A stretch of DNA of 63,551 bases, the filler included, from Phoronis australis (Eukaryota; Animalia; Phoronida): the NCBI GenBank assembly GCA_002633005.1. It is 8 parts of 8 records of this genome, joined end to end, with 100 filler letters (N's around TTAATTAATTAA, not from the genome) between each part and the next. Parts side by side here need not be neighbours in the genome. Positions count along the whole stretch, not along the records: positions 32,055 to 48,938 come from NMRA01000341.1; 7 more parts are not named here. One strand, 5' to 3'. The notes beneath the pieces are model-generated. The model did no database searches, was not told the DNA's origin, and worked only from the letters and a program-made list of their open reading frames with translations. Within the stretch, counting starts at the first letter, position 1; the number at the start of each line of letters is the position of its first letter. The translations under genes and the position numbers were made by a program. Positions 35,601 to 47,600 of the stretch are shown one piece after another.

Positions 35601-38600
35601 TCACCCTAAATAAACATCGCCATACCGGTGAGTTCTTTCCAATTTACTTTACAATACCCCAACGCCACACCGCCACGATGTCAGACGGAGAGGACAACCC
35701 TCAACCAACGCTCCACAACTCCAATTTACTTGGGGTGAAACCACCCTCTTTTGATTGGAAAACCGACAACTTACCCAAAACGTTCCGAAATTTTAAGAGG
35801 TATTGCAACCTGGTTCTCAGCACTCCTGCGTACACCAGCCAATCGCCAGCGACCAAAGTGAGCTATATACTCTTATGGCTGGGACCCAGATCCCTTGAAA
35901 TTTTTGATTCCTGGTCCCTCACGCCCGAACAGCAAGAAGACCCGACAACAGTTTGGGATCGCTTCGAGAAGTATTTTGAGCCGAAAGCAAGTTTTCGTCT
36001 TTGCCGTTTTCAACTTAGACAGATGACACAAGACAGCAACGAATCTATCGACGACTTCTTTACGCGCCTTCGACTACACGCGGAGAAATGCAACTTCGGC
36101 AACAAAGATGCTACAGACGACGCAATACTTGACCAAATTATCCAAGGGGCAAACTCACAACAAGTTCAGAAGAAACTACTCGAACAAGACCCGGACAAAC
36201 TCAAGCTGAAACATGCTCTTGATATCGCCCGTACGTATGAATGCACCCAAGCACAACTGCAACAAATCGGTCGTCCGACCACGGAAATCCATGCAATCAA
36301 AAGACAAACACGTGAAGAGAGCTCTGCAAAACGCTACACAGATAGAAAACCGACACCCAGCGACACATGTGGAAACTGTGGAAAAGAGCTGCATAGATAT
36401 CGCAGCCAATGTCCGGCTAAGGGACAAACCTGTCACCGATGTGGAAAGGTGGGACACTGGGGAGATGTCTGTCGCTCATCAGGCAACCCGGTTACAAGGC
36501 CCAAGGCTCACCCACCACCCAACCCTCCGCGATTCCACGCTACTTCTCATGTACCCGAGACTGACGAAATCTCGTTTGAAAACTTAGTCTTCGACTCTAT
36601 CGGTCCTGATGCCAAACAAGAGGATTTTGCTGATATTAACATTTGGCACGAACACCGTAAACGTGGTATCCTCAGAGGCAAGGTGGATACTGGCACTAGT
36701 GGTAACCTCCTCCCACTCAGAACCTACAGTCGCATGTTCCCAAACCACTTGACACCGAATGGCAAACCTACCCTGACATCACCGTCAACCTCCCGCCTAT
36801 ACGTATATGGTGGCTCAAACATTACCAATCTGGGAAAGCTCACATTAAAATGCCAATGGGGCCAGAGCAAATGGATGGATGTTGAATTTGTGGTTACAGA
36901 TGCTGATGGTGTTGTCCTGTTTGGCCGCATGATGTGCAATCTCCTGGGTCTTGTGACAATCCACTGTTCAATAGAACAATCAGTCTCCAGGCAACCTAAC
37001 ACTCAAGTCAGCTCAACTGCAGACCTCATCGCCTCGTTCCCAGACCAATTTACAGGTATCGAGAAATTCCCAGGGGTCCAGACGCTGACACTAAAAAAGG
37101 ACCAAGAACCGGTTCGTCATGCCCCAAGAAAAGCACCGATCCACCTACGCGATAAGATTCAGTCTGAGCTCAAACGCATGCAGGACCTCGGTGTGATTCG
37201 ACCAGTCGACATTCCTACAGACTGGGTGTCCAGTGCCACATATGTCGAAAAGAAGAGTGGGGACCTGAGAATCTGCCTCGACCCCCGGGATCTCAACCGC
37301 GCCCTAAAACGTGGACAGCACCACACCCCCACTGTTGAAGAACTCACCCATTTCTTCAACGGCGCGACCGTTTTCAGTAAGCTCGATCTCAAGTCTGGTT
37401 ACTGGGCTATACAGCTGGACGAACCCAGCCAATATCTAACCACGTTCAACACGCCCTTCGGCAGATACTGTTACTGTCGCCTGCCCATGGGCATTGTGGT
37501 TTCTCAAGACGATGGATGACAACCTACAGGGGCTACCCGGTGTCATATCCATTGCCGATGATATCACAGTTTTTGGCAAGGATAAACACGAGCATGACGT
37601 TAACCTTCTGCGCCTCATGAATAGAGCCAAAGAGAAAGGCATGGTCTTCAACAAGGACAAATGCATCATCGGCGAACACGAAATAGAATTCTTTGGGCAA
37701 ATCTATGACCACACAGGAGTACGCCCCGACCCATCAAAGGTACAGGCAATAAACGACATACAGGCACCATCCAACGCGCAGGAGCTTCGTTCTTTCCTTG
37801 GCATGATTACATACATATCTCCATTTATACCAAATCTAAGTGAAACCTCTGCCCCTCTAAGAGCCCTACTGCGAAAATACTCTGATTTCCAATGGCAACA
37901 TGAACAGCAGACCGCATTTGACAATCTCAAGAAAACCAACAAGGAAGCAAGCTAGCTACACTATTTTGACCCGAAGATCCCAGCGGTCATGCAGGTCGAC
38001 GCATCACAGTCCGCTCTAGGCGCGGCATTGACGCAAAATGGTCGACCCATCGCGTTTGCCTCTAAGACGCTCACAGACACAGAGAGTCGTTACGCTAACA
38101 TCGAGCGAGAATTACTCGCCTGTGTTTTCGGCGCAGAACGTTTTCATACATACCTTTTTGGCCAACCATTCCTTATAGAAAGTGACCACAAGCCACTGGA
38201 AATGATTGTGGCCAAGCCCCTGCACAAGGCGCCTGCCAGACTGCAGCGCATGCTTCTGCGTCTACAAAAATATGACTATCGGATCAAATACAGGCCAGGA
38301 CCCGAGATGGTCCTTGCCGACGGATTGTCGCGACTCCCTACTGCCAATGCCCACAAGGAAATTCCACTTGACCTCAGTGTGAACTTTGTACAGTTTTCCA
38401 CCGAACGGTTACAAGACCAGCACGACTCATCCAAGAGATGTAGTTACAAGCAGCCAAACCGTTGGGGCAGAATAATCCCCATTTGACCGTCGAGACAATG
38501 ATAGTCCACCCATTGTCTTATAGTTAGGACCAGTTATCATAGTGTTAAAATTAGGATAGTGTTTCATAGTATTTTTTTTTCTTTCAACAAGGAGGATGTT

Positions 38601-41600
38601 ACGTTATGGTCAGTAGTAACTAAAGATGTTGCTACCAGTGTCTTAGTATAGTAGGCATGCTCTGTTACCTACTTCCTGTTCCGGTTGATGTTTCATGTAC
38701 TCTCAATATAAATGCCTTAGTCACAATCGTATCGATCTTCATCTTTGGTCCGAAACCAGCATAGAAACACAACATAGTGTTTCCGTATCACCGTGCTGGA
38801 GACGGATACTTGGCGCCCCCAGGACAGGATTCGACGGCCAATAGGCACTCAGCTGCAGACAGCCACTTATTCAAGGCTATGGAATGATTCTGATTTACTC
38901 ATCATCATCCCGCTTTTCAAGGCTACCAGCACGCCGAGAGACAGACAGCCACCATTGCCATTACGAACCAACCTTAGGGGATGGTAGGGTGTGTTTGGTC
39001 CGTACTCTACAACTGGTATTAGGTGATGCTGGGTAAAAAAACTTGCAGTTGAAGGAAAGACTGACCACAACCTGTTCGAGCTAGTATACAGTGTTTCTCT
39101 TTTTGAAAATATCGACAACTAAAAAGTACCACATGGTCTCATTATTAAAAAAACATTCTAGAACCAATTATGCTATTTTCTTTGGCCTTTCTTTAATTTG
39201 TGAAAGGAAATGCTACGTAGTAGGTTTGAGATATCTGCAATAATTTAGACAATGAGACTACCAGTATGTATATTCCTGGGTTCCATTTACGTGATGATAA
39301 TAATTGGAACCGAAAAGCCATACCTTGATGTAGTCTGTGTACATATCTCACGGACTTGGTTCACCACCAGGTGCGCCCTCTTTCGCTGTGGAATAAAAGC
39401 AAGAAAAACAACATGGGGGATTCCCTAATGTAGGGGGGAATGCTGTAACAGGTCTGAATTCACCGCAGGGAGATCAAGACCAGGATACCTGTTCAGACTT
39501 GGTCTGTGGACTTGACAATAATTTTAGTTTGTGTCATGTAAAATAGCCTTCATGTAAAATAGCCTGCAAAACACACTGCCTGTTTTTACGGGCCATCTTC
39601 ATAATACTGTTAACAACTCAGTTACATGTCAAACTAAACCTTTTGTGGTTTTGCTAACAGTTACCTAATTAAACTTGTGTGAGTTAACAACAATGGCATG
39701 AATATTTCTCATAATTATGAATACTGTTAACAACTCATTTACATGTCAAACTAAACCTTTTGTGGTTTTGCTAACATTTACCTCATTAAACTTGTGTGAG
39801 TTAACAACAATGGCATGAATATTTCTCATAATTATGAATACTGTTAACAACTCATTTACATGTCAAACTAAACCTTTTGTGGTTTTGCTAACAGTTACCT
39901 CATTAAACTTGTGTGAGTTAACAACAATGGCATGAATATTTCTCATAATTATGAATACTGTTAACAACTCATTTACATGTCAAACTAAGCCTTTTGTGGT
40001 TTTGCTAACAGTTACCTCATTAAACTTGTGTGAGATAACAACAATGGCATGAATATTTCTCATAATTATGAATACTGTTAACTCATTTACATGTCAAGCT
40101 AAACCTTTTGTGGTTTTGCTAACAGTTACCTCATTAAACTTGTGTGAGATAACAACAATGGCATGAATATTTCTCATAATTATGAATACTGTTAACAACT
40201 CATTTACATGTCAAACTAAACCTTTTGTGGTTTTGCTAACAGTTACCTAATTAAACTTGTGTGAGTTAACAACAATGGCATGAATATTTCTCATAATTAT
40301 GAATACTGTTAACAACTCATTTACATGTCAAACTAAACCTTTTGTGGTTTTGCTAACAGTTACCTCATTAAACTTGTGTGAGATAACAACAATGGCATGA
40401 ATATTTCTCATAATTATGAATACTGTTAACTCATTTACATGTCAAACTAAACCTTTTGTGGTTTTGCTAACAGCTACCTAATTAAACTTGTGTGAGATAA
40501 CAACAATGGCATACATATTTCTCATAATTATCAATACTGTTAACAACTCATTTACATGTCAAACTAAACCTTTTGTGGTTTTGCTAACAGTTACCTAATT
40601 AAACTTCTGTGAGATAACAACAATGGCATGAATATTTCTCATAATTGTCAATACTGTCCTCACACAGACAGTTTTTTTGGGTGCAACTGTCTAGTCTAGA
40701 AGTGTTACCTGATATGTACTACTTGTTATTTTATTGCAATCATTATTGCTCAATCTTCAGGTATGCCATCGTCATCAAGAAAGGTTATCAGGAATTTGAT
40801 GATGTAGTTAGTGGTACTAACACCAAACTGAAGGGGACGCTGGTACTAAATGGAACTAATGGAACATGGCGCACCTTAGATGTGGCGGATTATGTTATAC
40901 CACCACAGGTAAGGAACAATGTGGGGTAAAAGGTCATGTATTTTATACCTGACAGCTATAGAAAGTCAAAAGGCGTTACTGACTGTGAATCACTGTGCTA
41001 CAGAATGCCCCTTAATCTTTTGCTGAAAATTTACTATTCACTGAAGTCAGGACTCAGGAGTCATATTTCTAACTTTGCTGTGATTACAGTAAAATCTCAG
41101 CAATTTAAGACACAATACACTGGACATTTGTTGTTTTAAATTCTGACAATATTCTGAAACATAAAGGAAAGATGCCACAAAATCAATGCTTTACCATTTT
41201 CAAATTATGTACCAGAGAAATCAAAAATATTTTGTAAAATAAAAATAAAAAGATACCTTTTGGAAACAAAAAAACCATACCTTGGGTAGAATGTGTACAG
41301 CCATTTCGTCCATATTTCACGGACTCGTTTCACCATTGGGTGCACTCGCTGACGTTCTAGAATAAAACAATAAAAACAGTCTTGGGGATTTGCTAGTGTC
41401 GGGGGAAATCCCGCAACAAATCTAAATACACCACAGGTAAGTCAAGGAATGGGTCTTTGTTAAGACTAGGTCTATAGACTTGAATCTCAATAACTTCTTG
41501 TGTCTTGCATTTCCGCTCAATCCGAGTGTAGATCAATAAAAGTCCTTATCAGAGATCTGGTGGTGTAGGTCTCTGGCATGCTCTTGTACAGCAGTAATAG

Positions 41601-44600
41601 ATTTAAGGTTGGGGTTACACCCAAATAAGTGGAAGCGCAAGATACGAGAGGCTGTAACACTAGTTCATAACAAACCACCAATGTGTTGGCCAGTAGTGGT
41701 TGACTGTTACACTAGGTCATAAGAAACCAGTATTGTGTCGGCCAGTAGTGGTTGACTGTTAAACTATCTCATAAGAAGCCACTTATGTGTCAGCTACTAG
41801 TGGTATAACACTAGGTCATAAGAAGCCAAGAATGAGTTGGCCGTTAGTGGTTGACTGTAACACTATGTCATAAGAAACCACTATTGTGTCGGCCAGTAGT
41901 GGTTGACTGTAAAACTATCTCATAAGAAGCCACTTATGTGTCAGCTACTAGTGGTTGACTATAACACTAGGTCATAAGAAGCCAAGAATGAGTCGCCCAG
42001 TAGTGGTTGACTCTAACACTTAGTCACAAGAAGCCATCAATGTGTCAGCCAGTAGTGATTGGCTGTAACACTAGGTCACAGAATTCCAAGAATGAGTCAG
42101 TCAGTAGTGGCTTACTGAAACACTAGGTCACAAGAAACCAACAATGAGTCAGCCTGTAGTGGTTGATCTGTATCACTAGGTCACAAGAAGCCACCATTGT
42201 GTCAGCCAGTAGTGGTTGACTGTAACACTAGGTCATAAGAAGCTAAGAATGAGTCATCCAGTATTGGTTGAGTGTAACACTGCATACTTCGATAGCTGTT
42301 AAGTCAAAAGTACTCCTTCTAAACACTGTCAATTGGAGATCAGACTGTTGAAATCTTTAATCTTGTTGGAGTATTCCGATAACTAAGTTGCTTCACTCAC
42401 ATACCATCTATACTATGCTCATTCAAAATGTTTCCACTTGCATTATCTCTCCCTTGTTTTCTCTTGTCCCTCCCCTTTGTAATTCTGAACAGGTTGGTTG
42501 GTATAAGAAAGTTTTTTGCTACACTTGTCTGCATACCTGATGAAGGGCAACTCCCATTACGGTTTAAAAGCTATTGTTTTCTAATTTTTACTGCATTTAA
42601 AGAGTTTTGACTTTTTCTACATGATCTTCTGTGCATGACATGTCTGCCAGCGACATACAATCAGCTGAGTCAATAATGGAGATAAGAATCATTTGTTTTT
42701 AGACTGCTAGCGACATGAGAACATCGCCTAAGTAAAACGTCTTTTTAAAAAGATCCAGAGATGCAATAAATCCTTGGCTTAGTTACTACACATAACAGAT
42801 CAGTGTAGTTTCTTAAGGACATACTTTATGGAACTGGAACCAGACCTGCAGGAAGGCCCATACTTCGCTATAAAGAATTTTGCAAGTGTGACCAGGTGGA
42901 GTTGGACTGTCGAGTCATGCATTAAAACCAGTGAACAAAGAAGAGAAGAAAAACAGGCACTTCTTAAAGAACACAGACATCATAGGGCAGCCTCTTCTAT
43001 TGATCAAGACCAAGTATACACCTGTGACAAGTGCAATTATTGAACATGCCGCTCCAAAGTCGGACTTTTTATCCATAGGCGATGCTGCAATCCAACCAAT
43101 GACTGACAGAGGGCGCATATCCGTTGTCTCTCGAGACGGATGGCTGCCAACCATAGATCAGTGCCATATTGTTTCCATTAACTAGATCCACAGCTCATTA
43201 AAGAAGACCTGCTATAAGGAAAAATGCATCATATTTTTCAATTGCTGCTGTCCCATACCGTTGAAGAAACTAATTTGTGTGTTGATACTTTTATTTTAGG
43301 AGCAAGGGGCCTTCTTTGTAATGACCAACTTCATTGAAACAGAGCAAAAACAGAGTACATGTCCAGAGGTCAGTGTAAATAACAAGTGTTGCTAACAGCA
43401 ACTGACTAGAGATGTTGTCTGCCATGCATTACAGATTTTAGTATTGCCATGTTCTTACCAGATAGTGGTATTTTTGTTGTCAGAATTTTTTTGTTCTCAC
43501 TGGACCTACACAACAGTGTTGATGACATTGAACCTTCATGGATTTTTCATCTTACCCTTAAATTTTTTTAAATGCTTTATTTATGTGTCAAAAATATGCA
43601 AGTTATTTTGGATGACTTCGATTCATGTCATCTGTGTGGCAAGTTGATCAGCCGTATTCACTGCTTTAATTTTCAAGGGTTTTGGCAGTTTTGAATGGGG
43701 CTATTCGGAGAATTCTCCTCGCGGTGTCGCTGCTGTACTAGTGGTGATTGAATTGCGCATGCGTGGCTTTCTGCATGTAAACAACTGGTAAAAGATGGAA
43801 TTTTTATCAAAATACGTCGTCGCGCTAAGCCTTATTACTGCTAATTTCCCTGGTGCAAGTCTTCGACAGGTGGCTACAAATTCCCAAAAGACCTAAGGTT
43901 AATATATTCGTGGACAATTGCGGTCAACAGGGTCAACTAACTGACAAAAAGTATGTGGATGCTGAAGCACTGTGTGTGCTCTATGACTATGCAGTTCCAT
44001 TCGGAGACTACACAACATTACTTGGTAAGTTTTTAGCAATCAGTTTCTATCAACATCGTTCGGTGATGCTATCCCCACCAGTTACCCCACTGAATAACAG
44101 GTTTATTGAGAGGAACTAAGTGTTTCTTTTTGGAAACTCACGCGATGCCGGGTAGGCTAGCAGCACATATTCATATTGTCCTGGGTGGGAGTGCTCCCAA
44201 AATAAGAGGTGTATGGTACGTGATGCACAGAAGTCAAGAGTGACTTTTTCACAGCAGTTTCTCTTCAAAACTATGCTGTTTCCAATAAAATTCTCTAGAT
44301 GAGTGTGTTTCCTTATTTTATCNNNNNNNNNNNNNNNNNNNNNNNNNNNNNNNNNNNNNNNNNNNNNNNNNNNNNNNNNNNNNNNNNNNNNNNNNNNNNN
44401 NNNNNNNNNNNNNNNNNNNNNNNNNNNNNNNNNNNNNNNNNNNNNNNNNNNNNNNNNNNNNNNNNNNNNNNNNNNNNNNNNNNNNNNNNNNNNNNNNNNN
44501 NNNNNNNNAAGAATTACCTCACCATGCTCTTTTCCCCAAACATGTATTACCTGTTATTTCCACACATTCAGTTGTACCAAATATTACAACCCCCCATGCC

Positions 44601-47600
44601 AATCCCCCCTCGAGACCTGAATAAGTAATTTAACAAAATGACTTTAAAAATAGCTGTTCCTTTCCAAAGGCTTTGTTCATTGTCTCCAATATTGAAAGTA
44701 GGCTTTGACAACAGATCTGCACTGGATGGTTAGCTGGAGTCAAATGCTAAAAACCAATTTTTGTCCATTCAGGGACGGTGCAGAAGCGATGCATATCCCC
44801 TCTGCACGGTACAAGCCTTCAAACCTAAAAACCAAAGGTTACGTGAAAACTGATGTGATAGATTTCGATTTCAACGTGTAACAGATTTCCAGAAGACATA
44901 TGATAGGGAGTAAACAAATACTAGTCTAATGCAATGGATATTTATCACTCACGTACCCTTTGCCATTGGGATTGGATTGTAATCTTACTGACTCATTAAC
45001 CTGTATCGAGTTGACAGCATAAACATTCAGCATTGATTGATGTAACTGTCACTGATAAACTTTTAGAAATCATTCCAAACAATAATAATGCTTTGATGTA
45101 CGAAAAGATCCCGATTGCTACGTCAAGTATCGTATCACATATCACAACATTCAAAGATTAACCAGACTCTGGCTGGCGACTGACTGCCGCGAAGTCGACA
45201 TCGGCGAGTGCCTCAGTTAACAGGCATCGGTAGAAAAATCATGGAATAATCGTTAAAATAATCACAAACCTTACCTTTGTATGAGGTCGTGCTTACTTCC
45301 TCTCATAGAAGCACCCTTTTTAAGCAATCTCAGATTTAGTTGGCACGGCTGCAAGCCATTTCACCATGTATTTAAAGGGCTCGCGAAATCGAGGCTGTTA
45401 ATCTATCACCACTAGTACACGCACGCCCTCTAGTTATTGTAGATTTTCCGAATAGCCCCATTTCTCTGCAGTGCACGTGTGTATATGGGTGAAATTTTGT
45501 TCTCTAATTTTATGTAGGGTATCAGTCCCTCTCGCAAACAAATTTTGCTTAAGACTATATTTTAGTGGGCCCACTTGTAATATATACATTTTTATGGTAC
45601 AAATAGACATTTCTAGAAGCACACCATTTGCGGTGTATTCGTTGGTTCATTTCAATGCTCCGCGTTGCTCTTGTTACCGTTTTCGTTCTGGTTTTTGACG
45701 TCCGCCCCTCTATCAACTAAACCACTTAAAGGATGATCGTGAAAATTGGCATATAATTATGTTCTTAGAGTGAAGAGGACATTTGTCAATGATTTTCCGA
45801 CTTCGACTTCTGTGGCACCTTTTAGTGGCAGGTATTTCAGCGCTTATAGCTGTATGTCCTAAACCCACTGCAGGATCTTTATTAAATTTTATTAGCTCGT
45901 GTTTTTATTTGAAGTTGACGACAGACCACAATGACTTTCAGATAGATCTGGCGAAGGCTGTATCCCTTAGTTGCAATTTTATTTTTTTCCATTTTCCTCT
46001 GTTTCTCAGACTTTCTTTGATGGTTTTTATGAAATTTGAAAATAGGATGACATTTTGCCATTTTTGGGTGGATTTGACGTATTTTGCGCCATTTAGTGGC
46101 CATTTTATTGTTCTCTAGTCTGTTTTCAGCTTCTGCCCCTCTATCAACCCCTTTCAGGATCAAAATTGGCGTTTATGTTTCTACTGTGAAGAAGTTGGCT
46201 GATGATGGTTTTCGGACTACTCGGACTAGTGGCAGTGTTTTGCGTGTATTACTGTATCTCTCGATCCTTCTGCAAGATCTTTATTTGTATGAAGTTGACA
46301 ACTGACAACGATGACATTTGGATGAAACCGACTACCAATGTTTCCCACTTGTGGTAGTTTTTTCGTTGACCTCTCTATCTTTGAAACTAGTTGTCAAATT
46401 TTAATGGAATTTGATAAATAGGTTTCTATTAAGGAGACGATGACGCCTTCTCATTTTTGGGTGGATTTCACATATTCTGTGCCACTCTGTAGTCATTTTA
46501 AAAATTTTTTTTTTAGACATCATGCTCTATATCCACCAACCGAAAGCGCTTGAAAGATCATTACTAAACTTTGGAGAACTGATGTGTTCTTGAAGAGAAG
46601 ACCGAGGCTGACTTTGATTTTTGGACGCTTTCAGCACTATGCTGACCTCCCTTGAGCCAATTTTATATTTTTCGCCCACTGCTGTATCTCCTTACCCTTT
46701 GCAAGATCTTCCTGAAATTAACCAGATGTATTCCTAATATGGAGATGGCAACTGGTGATGGCCAGTTTCAGACTGATCCAGCTATAGTTGATGTTCTCCC
46801 TACTCTCACTTTTGCCTCAGTCTCCAGAGTTCCTACTAGATGCTTTTTCATGAAATTGAGAGAGCAAATTAATTTTCTATCATGAGACGACAACATCTTT
46901 CCTTTTTGTGATGGATTTGATGTAAACTGCACCAACTACTGCCCATTTTAATTATATTTAGTCTTTTTTCGTCTGCTTTTGTATTTGCCAAACCATCTGG
47001 AGGATCATCATGGAAATTGACAGATGTGTTCTTACAGATGACATGGATTTTTGAACTGGTCCAGCTACTGGGGTGCCCCCTTGCATCAAAGGCTGTGTGT
47101 CCTAAAACCCTTCCAAGATGTTTTGAAATTTTGCTGTCATATTCGTATTAATACGTAGTTATTTGACTGCAAATGGATTGATCCGACAAGTGTTGTGATT
47201 CCTAATGGCAGTTTTTAACATTTGCATCTGTATTTTTGGGGTTCTTTGTTTGATTTTCATACAATTTGGAAAATAATTTTGAGAGACGATGACGTCTTCC
47301 CGTTTTGGTTGGGTTCAATATATTTTGATCCATCTTATTGCAATTTTTATGATACAAATGAACACCTCTAGAAGCACACCATTTGCGGTGCATTTGTGGG
47401 CACATTTTAACGCTCCACCTAGCTGTTTTTTGTATCTTGCATCATATCTTAAACAACTTTGTCATTCTGGACAGGCCAATGAGCTCTCAGAGCTGCTGTA
47501 AGCAAATTAAGAGTTACACTAAATAAATGCTTGCTTGTTGTGTTTGGGTGTCCAAATGCTGAACGGGACGTCAATTAGGACACCATGGTCACCCTGTAGA

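Larger units (their letters stand above)
35341..38774 (+). mobile_element. Ty3/Gypsy LTR retrotransposon (Mag-like), integrase deleted, in P2X intron 1
   Basis: 178-bp TG..CA LTRs, 5-bp TSD TAGTG (35336-35340, 38775-38779), PBS, PPT AAGGAGGA, gag with two Cys/His knuckles, protease VDTG, RT IADD, RNase H DAS. Confidence 0.97.

Noticed and set aside
41426-41442. CACCACAG|GTAAG identical to the end of P2X exon 2
   Set aside because: No upstream similarity to exon 2; probably a chance match within a repeat copy
41652-42281. CRISPR-like appearance of the 52-bp array (and the 117-bp array)
   Set aside because: Variable parts are homologous to one another, no cas genes, eukaryotic intron
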